Assembly (NCBI RefSeq): GCF_050013435.1
Contig: NZ_JBEKFG010000001.1
Location: forward strand, 12,556-76,555
DNA: 64,000 nucleotides
Source: Candidatus Binatus sp.
GTDB lineage: Bacteria > Desulfobacterota > Binatia > Binatales > Binataceae
Reading direction: 5' to 3'
The translations under genes were made by a program, and so were the position numbers. The notes under the pieces are model-generated. The model had not been told where the DNA came from. It saw nothing but the letters and a program-made list of their open reading frames with translations, and did not search any database. This document shows, piece after piece, positions 1-10,491 of this stretch. How positions within the stretch are numbered: position 1 is the first letter of the stretch; the number at the start of each line of letters is the position of its first letter.

Positions 1-228
1 TTCCCGCGCGAGCTTTTCCAGTTGCTCGCGTTTGTCCTTCTCAACAATTGGGTAAGCATCCATCGGCACCGGCTGGAAGCCGGCCGCGCCGGCTGGCATC
101 GGCGCGACGTTGAGCAAGTACAGCGCGGCGTCGTTCTGCTGCACCAGTTTCAGCGCGACGTCGAGAGCCGCCAACGAGTGCTCCGAAAGATCGATCGGAC
201 ACAGGATCTTCCGAAATAGCTGAGTCAT
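1..228 (-). CDS. universal stress protein (UspA family), N-terminal part; gene runs off the left edge
   Basis: Not in the ORF track because no stop lies inside the window. Minus-strand ATG at 226-228, with AGGAGG (complement of 234-239) 5 nt upstream. Translation MTQLFRKILCPIDLSEHSLAALDVALKLVQQNDAALYLLNV... resembles the USP N-terminus. The frame is open to position 1 (76 codons). Confidence 0.7.
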   Translation of the reverse strand, partial: MTQLFRKILCPIDLSEHSLAALDVALKLVQQNDAALYLLNVAPMPAGAAGFQPVPMDAYPIVEKDKREQLEKLARE

Positions 229-267
229 CGCCGCCTCCTGTGTTTCGCGCTAGTCCGTCAGACGGTG

Positions 268-744
268 TTACTTCTCCACCGACTCCTTCAGTTCCTCGGG
301 CGGCGTCCAGACATGACGCGATGGCTCGTCGACGTCTCCCTCACCGGGGCGTCTGCCCTCGTTGCGCGTTTTCTGGCAATCGATGCAATACGCGGCGAAC
401 GGCACGGCTTTCAGCCGCTCGAGCGGGATCTCCTCCTTGCATTTCTCGCAGATTCCATAACGGCCGCGTTCCAGGCGGCTAAGCGCGGCGTCTATCGCCT
501 TGAGCTGAAATTCGTATCGCTCGATCAGGCCGGCGTCGGTCTCGATGTCTTCCAGCGAGCGGGCCACGTCCAAGCCGTCGGCGGGCAGTTCCACCGCGTC
601 GTCTTGCTCCTCTTTGCGAAGCACGCGTACTCGCGCGAGCACTTCCTGGCGCGACCGCGCAAGGAGCTTGCTCAGATCCTTCAGTCGCGCGTCGGCCTGG
701 CTTTGCCGTGATGTTTTGGTTTTCCCGCCGGTCTTCGATTTCAT
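268..744 (-). CDS. DksA/TraR family C4-type zinc-finger protein
   Basis: C-terminal CEKC-N17-CIDC zinc finger preceded by a coiled-coil region (LIERYEFQLKAIDAALSRLERGRYGICEKC...). The track ORF 268..1008 is trimmed to internal ATG 744 (MKSKTGG...). The upstream 88 aa look non-coding. Confidence 0.8.
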   Translation of the reverse strand: MKSKTGGKTKTSRQSQADARLKDLSKLLARSRQEVLARVRVLRKEEQDDAVELPADGLDVARSLEDIETDAGLIERYEFQLKAIDAALSRLERGRYGICEKCKEEIPLERLKAVPFAAYCIDCQKTRNEGRRPGEGDVDEPSRHVWTPPEELKESVEK

Positions 745-919
745 ACAGGTTCTCCGCCAGTTGCTCGTAAATCGTCGTCCACAACACTGAAGTCCATTAT
801 GCCGCCAACCCGGTGCAAAGCGCCAATCAGACAATCCAACTCTGGGGTTTTGCGATAGCACGGAAGGCGCTACATTCGTTTTGGGTTGCCTGTGAAGCCC
901 TGACGCTGGAGAACTGAGC

Positions 920-1342
920 ATGAAAGATCTGAAAGTTCGCGACGTGATGTCATCGGACCCCACCACGCTTAAACGCAACGACAAACTCACCCTGGCCGAC
1001 GACATCATGCTCTTGGGACGGATTCGCCATTTGCCCGTAGTCGATGACGACGGTCAGACCCTCGTCGGTATCGTGAGCCAGCGCGATCTGTTTCGCGATG
1101 CGCTCGCGCAGGCGCTTGGCTATGGCAGGCACGCGCAGCGCAAGATCCTGGACACTCTCTCTGTCAAGGACGTGATGACCAGCGAGGTAATCACCGCCGG
1201 CCCGGATATCTCTTTGGTCGAGGCCGCACGACTTTTGGCCGAGCGCAAGATCGGCTGCCTTCCGGTCGTCGAACATGGGCGCCTGGTCGGCATCCTCACC
1301 GAAGGAGACTTCGTCGCGCTCATCGCGCGCCGCGGCATTTAG
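920..1342 (+). CDS. CBS domain pair protein
   Basis: Two CBS repeats (VRDVMSSDPTTL...HLPVVDDDGQTLVGIVSQRDL and VKDVMTSEVITA...GCLPVVEHGRLVGILTEGDF). 140 aa. Confidence 0.85.
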   Translation: MKDLKVRDVMSSDPTTLKRNDKLTLADDIMLLGRIRHLPVVDDDGQTLVGIVSQRDLFRDALAQALGYGRHAQRKILDTLSVKDVMTSEVITAGPDISLVEAARLLAERKIGCLPVVEHGRLVGILTEGDFVALIARRGI

Positions 1343-1518
1343 CGTCGCAGCGCACCGGTGAAAAACGAATTACGAATCACCGCCGGCGCGGCGCCTGCTG
1401 GTGTCTCTCACTGATGTACCTTTGCTCCGGCCAACTGATGCAGTTTTAGTCCGGCGTTGACAGACCGCCCGGGACAGCTATTCTCGGCGGGCATTCGGAG
1501 GCGCGTGGCGCAAGAAAA

Positions 1519-2838
1519 ATGAGCAATCAGCCTGACGCGAGCGCGGCCGCCGCCGATGCGGGGGTTTCGCGCGGCCTCGGTGACGAGGAGACCGCGCAGA
1601 AAAATAGCCGGCTGACCCACTCGATCGCGCGCGTGCTCGCCTTCGAAGGCTTCACGATGTCGATCAACGGCATCGGGTCACCATGGATCGCGAAGAGTTT
1701 TCACCTTGGCGAGTCGGGTATCGCGGGCCTGTTCGCATGGATTTCGCTCTCGGCGATCGGCGCGCTGGGACTCTCGCGGATGATCGATCGGGTGGGGCGC
1801 CGCCGGATGCTGCTCGTATGCATGGCCGGCACTTCCGCTAGCGCGCTCGCCGCCGCGCTCTCGACCAACATCGCGGCCTTTGCGCTGAGCGAGATCGCGC
1901 TCTACGCCTTCATCGGCGCGACGGTCGCCGACGGTATCGTGATTCTGGCCGAGGAACTCGCGACCGAGGAGCGCGCGCGGGGGCAAAGCTGGGCCGGGTT
2001 GGGGGTTGGCCTGGGCAGCGGGCTGTGCCTGATCGTGATGCCGATGGTGGCGAGCCATCACTCGTGGCGATGGATGCTGGTGCTGGCGTCGGCGATGGGA
2101 GTTGCCGCGTTGTGGCTGGCCGCCCGCGTCATCCCGGAGAGCGGGCGCTGGCAACGCGCTGCCGAGGCCGGCACGACTTCGGCCAGCAGCTTTTACGACG
2201 TGTTCGGACATCTCTATCGACGCCGCGCGGCCACGATTCTGGTCTGCTCGTTGCTGGCCAACATCGCGGGGATCGCGGCCAGCAGTTGGGCGTACTTCCA
2301 CCTCGTCTCGGTCGTCGGGTTGGCGCCGAGCGCTGCCAGCGTCCTGATGCTGGTCGGAGGCGGGGTGGGGATGCTCGGCTTTCCGATCGCCGCGCGAAAC
2401 TGCGAGCGTTACGGCCGCATCCCCACTATCTTCGTTGCGGCCTTGGCGAGCAGTCTCGGCGCGATCACCTTCTATTGGGGTCCACCGGCGCACTTGGGCC
2501 TTCGCTGGCTGTGGATCGGGGTCACGTATTGCTGTTTCACCGCTGGCCTGAGCGCGGGGCAGGTGGGCGGCAATTCGCTGGCCACTGAACTTTTCCCCAC
2601 CGCGATCCGGGGCGCGATGATGGGATGGTTCTCGCTTGTCGGCGCGGTCGCCGCGGTCTCCGCACAGACCCTGATCGCGGTCCTCGCCGTGCGGCTTGGC
2701 GGTCTGTCGATCGTGGTCGGATACCTAAGCCTGCTCGCGATACCCAACGCGATCATCGTCGCACTCTTCCTGCCCGAAACGCGCGGCCTCTCGCTCGAAG
2801 CCGCCGCGATGGAAGAAGCATTCGAGAAGCCGGCTTAG
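1519..2838 (+). CDS. MFS transporter
   Basis: Polytopic hydrophobic profile. MFS loop 2-3 motif LSRMIDRVGRRRMLL. 439 aa. Confidence 0.8.
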   Translation: MSNQPDASAAAADAGVSRGLGDEETAQKNSRLTHSIARVLAFEGFTMSINGIGSPWIAKSFHLGESGIAGLFAWISLSAIGALGLSRMIDRVGRRRMLLVCMAGTSASALAAALSTNIAAFALSEIALYAFIGATVADGIVILAEELATEERARGQSWAGLGVGLGSGLCLIVMPMVASHHSWRWMLVLASAMGVAALWLAARVIPESGRWQRAAEAGTTSASSFYDVFGHLYRRRAATILVCSLLANIAGIAASSWAYFHLVSVVGLAPSAASVLMLVGGGVGMLGFPIAARNCERYGRIPTIFVAALASSLGAITFYWGPPAHLGLRWLWIGVTYCCFTAGLSAGQVGGNSLATELFPTAIRGAMMGWFSLVGAVAAVSAQTLIAVLAVRLGGLSIVVGYLSLLAIPNAIIVALFLPETRGLSLEAAAMEEAFEKPA

Positions 2839-3040
2839 TCTCCCGGGACAGTACTCAAGCCGGAATCGTCGGGCGCCGCCGCAATTAACCTCGAAGAAGG
2901 ATGGCTTCCAAGTGCAGTTCAGCCCAGAATACGGACGACGGCCCACCCGCCCGCGCGGAGGTCGACCCGCTCGCCAGGAACATCAACGCAGCAATCGGAG
3001 AGTGACTTCGCGACTGCGGACCAAACGACCGGAGATCAGA

Positions 3041-4036
3041 ATGCGCGTCATTCGGCTGCTCCGCTTGCTTGTCGCCGCAACCCTTCTTGCACCTCGCATC
3101 GCCCTCGCTGCCCCCGTTTGCAACTTCCCCGCAAAGGCATCGTCCGCGCTACAGCGCTTGACAGATGTTATGGCGACCGGACGCTTTGTTGATTACGATC
3201 CAACCTCCTCCCAGATCATCAATGGGCACTCAAGCAGGGCCGACGAGGAGAGTATCCTCCAGGATCTTAAGGTCCTTAGACCACGCTTTGATGGTCTCAT
3301 CACTTATACATCGACAAACGGAGCCGAACGGATTCCCGATTTGGCCGTGCAACTCGGCTACCGGGCAGTCATCATGGGAATCTGGGACATATCCAGCACC
3401 AAAGAACTTGAGAACGCCCTTGCTGCGGTGAAGCGGAATCCTGAAATCGTAGTTGGACTCTCGATCGGCAGTGAATCCGTTTTCAGCAAACGAGCCAGCT
3501 TCAAGCAGCTTGCTGATGCCGTGAGGGCAGCTCGCGAGCATGCACCCGATTTAGCGATTTCTACGAGCGAGCCTTTTCATATCTTCCTGGAACCTGCTGC
3601 CGCTCAAATGTTGTCGGAGCTCGACTTCATGCTCGCCAATGTTCATCCGATCTACGAAACTTGGTTTAGTGTTGCTCCGGACCCGAACGCGGCAGATTTC
3701 GTTGCGAAGGTCACTGACGAGCTTGCGGCGCTGTACTGTGGGCCCATTTTGGTCAAAGAAACGGGCGTACCGACAGCACCCGCCGGGTCCGGATACACTC
3801 CTGCCCGACAAGCTTCGTTCTACCAGGCCTTGCGGCAGCGGCTCCCTCCGAACAATCGACGCGCGTTCGCGTATTTCTGCGCGTTCGACGCGCCATGGCG
3901 ACTCAAAGACGCACCAGTTCTCGGCGTGCGTCCCGGGCCGCAAGAGGCGCATTGGGGTCTGTACGGCGAGAAGCGGCAGCCCAAACCGGTTGTCGGCACG
4001 ATCCCAGCGCTTCCAAGCTCTTCGAAGCCAGAATGA
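3041..4036 (+). CDS. exported glycoside hydrolase, GH17-like (beta-1,3-glucanase-type)
   Basis: Start moved to ATG 3041 (GGAG 6 nt upstream), giving signal peptide MRVIRLLRLLVAATLLAPRIALA. Motifs VGLSIGSESVF and LVKETGVPTA resemble the GH17 acid/base and nucleophile regions. The family call is from memory of these motifs only. Confidence 0.5.
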   Translation: MRVIRLLRLLVAATLLAPRIALAAPVCNFPAKASSALQRLTDVMATGRFVDYDPTSSQIINGHSSRADEESILQDLKVLRPRFDGLITYTSTNGAERIPDLAVQLGYRAVIMGIWDISSTKELENALAAVKRNPEIVVGLSIGSESVFSKRASFKQLADAVRAAREHAPDLAISTSEPFHIFLEPAAAQMLSELDFMLANVHPIYETWFSVAPDPNAADFVAKVTDELAALYCGPILVKETGVPTAPAGSGYTPARQASFYQALRQRLPPNNRRAFAYFCAFDAPWRLKDAPVLGVRPGPQEAHWGLYGEKRQPKPVVGTIPALPSSSKPE

Positions 4037-4132
4037 ACCCCAGGCCGCACGAGACTGCTGACAGCAGGGACCGTGCCCTGACGGCGGCCGCCACGGCGCT
4101 ACGAAGCCGGTCCGAAGATGATCGGGATAGCC

Positions 4133-5095
4133 CTAGATACTCGATCCGGTCACTGAGACCTCGGGAATCGGTGCGCCGCTCGCCTTCAGCTGATAAGACG
4201 CGAACTTCGCGATCGTTCCGTCGGAGTAGTTCATAACCACCAGATCGCCGCTGTTGTCGAATACGGCTCCCCATGGCGCGTCAAGGATGCCACTGTTTAA
4301 CGTCACCGCCGGAGAGGGTTTGCCGGAGCTGGCCAGTTGATCCTTCGTATACTCAACGACCGTGTTCGCGTCTTCGTTGGGGACCCAAAGGTTGCCCTTT
4401 TGATCGAATGCGATCTCTCCTGGGCTGCAGAGGTTGGTGCAGCCGCCGTCGTCGGACAACAAGATAGTAGCCGACTTGTTACCGCTGCGCGTCAGTTCGT
4501 CGGCGGAGAATTCGACGATCTGATCGCCCTTCTTGCTATCTACCCACGCATTGCCAGCTTTGTCGAACGTTATAAATTGCGGACCATTCATATCGGACGA
4601 GGTGATGACGACGGCGGGCGCTACATTTCCGCTGCCCGCAGCCAGCTGTCCTGCTGCCAGTTCATTGATCGAGCCCCGCTCGGCGTCCACTACCCAGAGG
4701 TTGCCCTCAGGGTCGAAGCCGCAGCCATAGAGCGAGCTGAACATAAACGAACTTTTGATGATCACCCCGGGCACCGGGTTCGGATCGTGCTCCAGGTTCT
4801 TGAGTTGCGCCGCAGTGAATCGCACTACCTCGTCGCCGCCGACAACCGCCCAAAGGTTATGAGAATCGTCGAATGCAATACCTGTGGCGGAGTCAAACGT
4901 GCTCAGATGAATTGGCGTTGCCGGTCCACTCCTGGCGAGTTGTCCTGGCGTGTATGACTCGATGCCGCCGCCTGAGCCGCTGGTGACCGATACCCACAGG
5001 TTCGCGCAACATGCGTGCGACGGCGTGCCGCAAGCCAGCATCAGCAGGGCGATGGCCGCAGCCATGCGGCGCCCGCGAAAAATATTGATGTTCAT
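4133..5095 (-). CDS. exported NHL-repeat-like beta-propeller protein
   Basis: Start trimmed to ATG 5095 (GGGGGAG upstream), giving signal peptide MNINIFRGRRMAAAIALLMLACG. Repeated blades carry (G/H)N(L/A)W(V/A) motifs (HNLWAV, GNLWVV, GNAWVD, GNLWVP). Confidence 0.65.
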   Translation of the reverse strand: MNINIFRGRRMAAAIALLMLACGTPSHACCANLWVSVTSGSGGGIESYTPGQLARSGPATPIHLSTFDSATGIAFDDSHNLWAVVGGDEVVRFTAAQLKNLEHDPNPVPGVIIKSSFMFSSLYGCGFDPEGNLWVVDAERGSINELAAGQLAAGSGNVAPAVVITSSDMNGPQFITFDKAGNAWVDSKKGDQIVEFSADELTRSGNKSATILLSDDGGCTNLCSPGEIAFDQKGNLWVPNEDANTVVEYTKDQLASSGKPSPAVTLNSGILDAPWGAVFDNSGDLVVMNYSDGTIAKFASYQLKASGAPIPEVSVTGSSI

Positions 5096-5592
5096 CTTCA
5101 CTCCCCCGCCCGGTCCCCCGGGGCCCAATGTTGCCGTGGCGCTCGGCGTTGCAACGATGCCACCCTCGGCGTCTCTTCCTCGCTCCCGCTCAGCCGCCCC
5201 CGTGCCGCTGAGATCAGCCTTGCGCATAGCGCGGGACAGCGCCTTCAAGCGATACTGCACATCTGTTTTGCTTGCAAGTCACCGCTGTCCGAACGTAAAC
5301 GCCTAGTAACGACGCACAATCCATGCCACGGCTTAATAGAGTCTCTCGCCGCTAGAGAGCATGCTTTTTAGTCTTCGTAAGACCCTTGCGGGAGATTCAA
5401 GGCAGAGCTTGGGCCTGTAGAGGCACCGTGCTGCTGGAAGCCAGCCCGAACTCTGCCGAAGAGCGCTCGGCCGACTTCAGGCAACTTCTACGGGCTCTTT
5501 TGATGATGCGTTTGCGCTGATTCCGAAGGAGACATTCGGGGGAAATTGTATCCTTTCGTTCCTTGGGCGCGGTCTAAAGCGGGCGCTATTTT

Positions 5593-5608
5593 TGGCATAT
5601 TTGCTGCA
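5593..5608 (+). promoter_or_regulatory. candidate sigma-54 (-24/-12) promoter
   Basis: TGGCAT-ATTTG-CTGCA against consensus TGGCAC-N5-TTGCA, with correct GG-N10-GC spacing. Lies 56 nt upstream of ATG 5664. Confidence 0.45.
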
Positions 5609-5663
5609 GCTACTGAGCGCAACTGCCTGAACAGTGCTTCTTCATGGACACCAGGCGGAGAAC

Positions 5664-6617
5664 ATGCCGCAAAAGGTGAAAACGGAGACTGCGGAGCAAA
5701 CTCGCCTCTCTCCTTCTGTGCTGCTCCTCTCTGATGACGAGGCGTTGGCGAAGCTCGTACTCGGAATCGTCAAGCGCCCTTGGAAGCTGGTTCGCCATGC
5801 AGCCGACAAATACGTGAGTCGCGAGGTGTTCGCTCAGCCAAATGTGCGACTCGTTATACTCGACGATCAGGCCGTCGAAGAAAACGATCGCGGCTGGCTA
5901 CTCGAGCAGATTCGTAAGCACTTCTCCGCCCCGCCTTTGCTCTACGTCGCCGGTGGCCAAAGCGATGCCAACGAGAAACGGGCGCGCAGCAAAGGCGCCC
6001 ACTACTACGTTTCGAAGCCGCTGTCGCTCGAACGATTCGGACAGGTGCTGCAATCATTTTTGCAGGCGAAGCAAGCCGACGGACAATCCGCTCATTCAAC
6101 GGTGGAGAAATCCGGGATCAACGCGCGCGAATCGAGCGCCGAGACCCCAACGCGCATCGACACGGGGATCCGTTGTCTCTCGGAGGAACTCAATCGCGAA
6201 GGCTCCCAGCTAAGATCACGCCTGCTCGATGCGGCGCTGGCGGGATTGCGCCTCGCGCGCAATCCAGAGTCGCCCGAACTCAGGCGTGATGCTGCCCAGA
6301 TTTGGGCGGCGATGCAGCCAACCCTATCCCATCACCTGGACGCCCAGGACGGCCGGTTACTTCCGTGGCTGGTGCAGCAAGGGCGTCTCTCGGCAGAAGC
6401 GGGGCGCAAGGTCCGCGCATTCCACGACCGGCTGCGAACCCTGATCGGCGCAATCGTCGATACCGGCGCGGACCGTCTTACTGAAGCTCAGGCGCGTGAC
6501 GCCGGAAAAGCGTTAAGCGGCCTCGCGGTCTACCTGGACGACGCAATCGACAACGAAGAGTGCAGGCTCTTCCCAACGATTCAGAAGGCGCTCTTCGGAA
6601 TCGATCGCCGCAGTTGA
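5664..6617 (+). CDS. response-regulator receiver domain fused to a hemerythrin-like (HHE) domain
   Basis: REC-like N-terminus: VLLLSDDE, LVILDD, YVSKP. C-terminus has hemerythrin-like H/E motifs: HHLDAQDGRLLPWL, FHDRL, DNEECRLFP. ATG 5664 (GGAG upstream) is preferred over GTG 5634 because of the promoter position. Confidence 0.6.
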   Translation: MPQKVKTETAEQTRLSPSVLLLSDDEALAKLVLGIVKRPWKLVRHAADKYVSREVFAQPNVRLVILDDQAVEENDRGWLLEQIRKHFSAPPLLYVAGGQSDANEKRARSKGAHYYVSKPLSLERFGQVLQSFLQAKQADGQSAHSTVEKSGINARESSAETPTRIDTGIRCLSEELNREGSQLRSRLLDAALAGLRLARNPESPELRRDAAQIWAAMQPTLSHHLDAQDGRLLPWLVQQGRLSAEAGRKVRAFHDRLRTLIGAIVDTGADRLTEAQARDAGKALSGLAVYLDDAIDNEECRLFPTIQKALFGIDRRS

Positions 6618-6750
6618 AATCGAATCGTAGTTCAAGGAAGCACCTCCCGATCGCGGTGCCTTACCGATGCGGGCCAGCGTCGCGCAGCCCGTCGACAGCG
6701 GCGGATCGTTATCGACCCGATGAAATAATCTGCTAAGTTAGCCGGGAACC

Positions 6751-7023
6751 ATGATCGATCGCGGGATTAAGCGACTGTTAGGCGTCGCGGTGCTGGCGGC
6801 AGCCGCCGGGTTGTACGGGTGCGCGTCATCCACGACTGATCAAGACGCTGCGGTGAGCGCTTCATGCCAAGGAAAGAATCAGCAGGACTGCGAAGCCCGC
6901 GATAATGCCCGCCAGCTACGCGACGCAGCGGACTACAAAAATGAGCCCGCCTTGGGATACCTGCAGTCGCCGCCGGGATTGCTGCCGGTGCCTCTCACCT
7001 CGCGGAATGCTTCCTCGAATTAG
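6751..7023 (+). CDS. small lipoprotein, unknown function
   Basis: Signal peptide with lipobox: LLGVAVLAAAAGLYG|CASS. 90 aa. Confidence 0.55.
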   Translation: MIDRGIKRLLGVAVLAAAAGLYGCASSTTDQDAAVSASCQGKNQQDCEARDNARQLRDAADYKNEPALGYLQSPPGLLPVPLTSRNASSN

Positions 7024-7104
7024 TTGAAAGAACGGGCGCGTTGCGCTCTGCCCGACCGCGTTATCCGCCAATGAAGCGTCTCCAGTCTTCAGGTCGGACT
7101 CCCG

Positions 7105-7160
7105 CACAAAAACAAACAGGCCCCGGACCGACGCGTAGGCGCGCCGGATCCGAGGCCCCC
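7105..7160 (-). terminator. intrinsic terminator downstream of tadC
   Basis: Minus-strand sequence is GGCCTCGGA-T-CCGGCGCG-CCTA-CGCGTCGG-TCCGGGGCC. This forms a stem of about 17 bp with two G.U pairs, followed by TGTTTGTTTTTGTG. Confidence 0.7.
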
Positions 7161-7212
7161 TGGGAGAGGCTATTGGATTATCTTCTCATCGAAGAAATCA
7201 GTCCGTTCGTAA

Positions 7213-8157
7213 TCATCCTCCGCCACTGGTGGTGAGCGTGTGGATGACTGTGATCATTGCCGGTCCGACGATTAGCGCGATCATCGAGGGCAATACGAAG
7301 ATGACCAGCGGGAACAGAATCTTAATCGACGCCTTCTGCGCGTCTTCCTCGGCACGTATCCGGCGATGCTGTCGCAATGCGTCCGAACTGGAGCGCAAAG
7401 CAGGTCCGATCTGCGCGCCAAGCTGTTCACTCTGAACCAAGGTTGCGGCGAGCGGTTTGATATCATCAACCGCAGTCCGCTCGGCCAGCCCGCGCAACGC
7501 CTGCCCGAGCGACGCGCCCGCGGAAATATCGGTAGCGACCAGATTCAACTCGGTGCCGATTTCCTGCCCATGACGGTCGCATTCCGCGCCGACGATTCGA
7601 ATCGCCTCGAACAGTCCCATGCCCGCTTCGACGCATACCACCAGCAGATCGAGCACGTCCGAGAGCTGCTTTGAGATGTTCTCCTGCCGCGTCCGCGCGC
7701 GCCGTCCCAGGTAGTAGGCGGGCACGAAAATTCCGATCGCGACGCCGGCCAGTCCAAACAGCAGCGGCTGAACCGCCGAGCTATGAAAAAAGAGTCCGAC
7801 CAACAAACCCAATACGCCGCATCCGATCGCCAGCAGCACGCGGATGACCTGGTAGGTCTGTGGCGCGCTGGACTTCAGAAATCCCGCCTGTGCCAGAGTC
7901 TGCTGGAGCTTCTCCCCGGTGGGAGTATCCATGTTCGGCGGCGGGACGCGCTTGGAGGCCCATCTGAAAAGCATGCGGAGCACGTTGTCGTCCTGAAGGT
8001 CGCCTGCCAGTGCGCCTTGCGAGGCTCGCATCCTGACCGCCAAATCTGCGAATCGTTCATCGACCGCCCGGCTCTGCGGCGAAATGGCGAGGTACAGGGC
8101 CACGCACGCCGCGCCAGCCAGGAGGAAGACCGCTAAGCCAATTATGAATGGACTCAT
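7213..8157 (-). CDS. tadC: Flp pilus assembly inner-membrane protein TadC (T2SS F-domain)
   Basis: T2SSF-type domain (QLSDVLDLLVVCVEAGMGLFEAIRIV...LGQALRGLAER). Position directly after tadB. Confidence 0.85.
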   Translation of the reverse strand: MSPFIIGLAVFLLAGAACVALYLAISPQSRAVDERFADLAVRMRASQGALAGDLQDDNVLRMLFRWASKRVPPPNMDTPTGEKLQQTLAQAGFLKSSAPQTYQVIRVLLAIGCGVLGLLVGLFFHSSAVQPLLFGLAGVAIGIFVPAYYLGRRARTRQENISKQLSDVLDLLVVCVEAGMGLFEAIRIVGAECDRHGQEIGTELNLVATDISAGASLGQALRGLAERTAVDDIKPLAATLVQSEQLGAQIGPALRSSSDALRQHRRIRAEEDAQKASIKILFPLVIFVLPSMIALIVGPAMITVIHTLTTSGGG

Positions 8158-8158
8158 G

Positions 8159-9106
8159 TTAGTAGGTCACCCGCAGCAGTCGCCTGATGGTCAAGATGGC
8201 GAGCACGTCCGCTCCGATCGCGAATTTCAAAATCTTCTGACCCATTGGGTCATGGAACAATTGATCGGTGTAACCGGGCTGAATCAAGCTGAATATACAG
8301 AGCACCACGATTGGCAGGCAGCCGACGACCATGCCGCCGAAACGCGATTGCGCGGTCAGCGCTCTGATCTGCATCCGCAAGCGCTGGCGGATTCGCACGA
8401 TTTCGGATAGCCGCCCGACAATCTGAGCCAGGCTCGAGCCGACCTCCGTTTGCACGCGCACTGCGATGACCAGGAGCCGGAGGTCGTCCTGAGGAACTCG
8501 CTTGAGCATGTCTTCGAGCGCGCGCGGCAGTGGCAGCCCGATCCGGTTCTGTTCGAGCACGGTGCGGAATTCGCCGCCCAGCGGATCGGCGAACTCGCCG
8601 ATCAGGACTTGCAGCGCACGCTGCAGCGAATGTCCCGCCTCGAGCGACGATTTGATCAGGTCAAGCGCGAACGGCAACTGGGTCGCAAAGGCCGCAAGGC
8701 GCCGCTTCTTGCGGAATTGTATGAAGGCGAGCGGCAGGCTGGCCATCACCAACCCGCTACCCAGCGCGATCCACATGCCGTGGAACAGGATATTGCCGCC
8801 GAACAATCCCGCGCCGAACAGCAGCACTATGATCAACAGGATGTCGGCGACCCTCATGTACAAGCCCGCCTGCCACATCATCTCTTCGAGGCTGCGCAGC
8901 AGGTCCAGGTTGTAGAGCGTGCCCAGCAGCGGTCCCTGCTCGGGCCGGCGCCTGCGCATGACGTCGACCTCCAGATCGTCGGCGGGGCGCGTCAGGCGTC
9001 GTGCCACCTCGCGCTGTTGCTCGACATCGGTGCCGCGACGGCTGGTGAAGATCAGCACGCCCACGAAGACGAGCGCGAATATGCCGCTTGCCATCAAAAA
9101 ATCCAT
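8159..9106 (-). CDS. tadB: Flp pilus assembly inner-membrane protein TadB (T2SS F-domain)
   Basis: T2SSF domain (QLPFALDLIKSSLEAGHSLQRALQVL...LPRALEDMLKRV). Starts 2 nt after the cpaF-side gene order; 315 aa. Confidence 0.85.
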   Translation of the reverse strand: MDFLMASGIFALVFVGVLIFTSRRGTDVEQQREVARRLTRPADDLEVDVMRRRRPEQGPLLGTLYNLDLLRSLEEMMWQAGLYMRVADILLIIVLLFGAGLFGGNILFHGMWIALGSGLVMASLPLAFIQFRKKRRLAAFATQLPFALDLIKSSLEAGHSLQRALQVLIGEFADPLGGEFRTVLEQNRIGLPLPRALEDMLKRVPQDDLRLLVIAVRVQTEVGSSLAQIVGRLSEIVRIRQRLRMQIRALTAQSRFGGMVVGCLPIVVLCIFSLIQPGYTDQLFHDPMGQKILKFAIGADVLAILTIRRLLRVTY

Positions 9107-9111
9107 GGTAT

Positions 9112-10482
9112 TTATCCGATTGTGCTGCGGAAAACCTTGGCGTCGAGTTTGTAACCCGCAGCTTCCAGCCGCTGCGAGTAGTTTGACCGAATCCCGGTGG
9201 CGAGAAACTGTCCGAGCACTTCGCCACCCGGCCCGATTCCGGTGCGCTTGAATTCGAACAGATCCTGCATCATCACCATCTCACCCTCCATCCCGCTGAT
9301 CTCGGAAATGCGCATCACTTTGCGCGAGCCGTCGGGTAGCCGCGATACATGGACGATGATATTGAGCGCCGACGCGATTTGCTGGCGCATCGCGCGTTGC
9401 GGAATCGACACTCCCGACAGCAGCATCATCATCTCGAGGCGCCCCACGCTGTCGCGCGGAGTGTTGGCGTGGATGGTGGCGATTGAGCCGTCATGGCCGG
9501 TCGACATCGCTTGCAACATGTCGAACACTTCGTCGCCGCGGACCTCGCCGACGATTATGCGGTCCGGCCGCATACGCAAACAGTTCCTGACCAGGTCGCG
9601 CTGGGTGACCTCACCCTTGCCTTCGACGTTGGGCGGCCGCGTTTCGAGCCTGACCACATGCGGCTGCTGGAGACTCAATTCGGCCGAGTCTTCAATCGTC
9701 ACAATTCGCTCGTCGGCCGGGACGAACAGCGACATGCAGTTAAGCATTGTCGTTTTACCCGAGCCGGTGCCGCCGCACACCAGGATGTTGAGCCGCGCGC
9801 GCACGATGGTGCGCAGAAACTCGACGATCTCGGGCACCAGCGTCTTCTTCCCGACCAGGTCATCGATGTTGTAGCGCCTGCGGCCGAATCGGCGAATCGA
9901 CAGCGCCGGGCCGTCGAGCGTCAGCGGCGGAATGATCGCGTTGATACGCGAACCGTCGGGCAAGCGCGCGTCAACCATCGGCGACGCTTCGTCAACCCGG
10001 CGTCCGACCTGCGACACGATTCGATCGATGATCAGCATCAGGTGCTGATCGTCCTGGAACTTGACCTCGGTGGCGTGAAGCTTGCCGCCTTTTTCGACGT
10101 AAACCTGGCTGTGCCCATTGACCAGGATGTCGGTGATTTCATCGTCCCACAAAAGCGGCTCCAACGGCCCGAGTCCCAGCAGTTCGTTCTTGATCTCCTC
10201 GATCAGGTGATTCTTGTCGACGTCGGTGAGCAGGCGCCCCTCATCGTCCAGAATGGCGGAGATCGCCGTGGTGACTTTCTGCGCCGCGAGGCCCGGCTCG
10301 AGGCTTTCGAGCCGGGTGACGTCCAGCATCTCGAACAGCCGGTTGTGGACCGCAAGCTTGAGCTGCTGGAAACCCTCGGCCTGCACGTCTTTGACGGCGC
10401 TCTTTTTAGCGCCTATCAGCGAGCGCTGAAACGGAACCGGGGTGGCGTTGTTCTGCTGGGAAATTCTCTCAACCAGTTTCAT
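9112..10482 (-). CDS. cpaF: CpaF/TadA pilus assembly secretion ATPase
   Basis: Walker [12 protein letters not shown]. Asp/His boxes of the VirB11/CpaF family ([35 protein letters not shown]). Confidence 0.95.
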   Translation of the reverse strand: MKLVERISQQNNATPVPFQRSLIGAKKSAVKDVQAEGFQQLKLAVHNRLFEMLDVTRLESLEPGLAAQKVTTAISAILDDEGRLLTDVDKNHLIEEIKNELLGLGPLEPLLWDDEITDILVNGHSQVYVEKGGKLHATEVKFQDDQHLMLIIDRIVSQVGRRVDEASPMVDARLPDGSRINAIIPPLTLDGPALSIRRFGRRRYNIDDLVGKKTLVPEIVEFLRTIVRARLNILVCGGTGSGKTTMLNCMSLFVPADERIVTIEDSAELSLQQPHVVRLETRPPNVEGKGEVTQRDLVRNCLRMRPDRIIVGEVRGDEVFDMLQAMSTGHDGSIATIHANTPRDSVGRLEMMMLLSGVSIPQRAMRQQIASALNIIVHVSRLPDGSRKVMRISEISGMEGEMVMMQDLFEFKRTGIGPGGEVLGQFLATGIRSNYSQRLEAAGYKLDAKVFRSTIG

Positions 10483-10491
10483 TCGGGCACC

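Noticed and set aside
2912-3040. Upstream extensions of several track ORFs (2912, 5260, 25692, 40372, 55719, 17325, 27671)
   Set aside because: The extensions are Arg/Pro-rich, lack an RBS, and precede internal ATGs that give proper signal peptides or canonical N-termini. Starts were trimmed accordingly.
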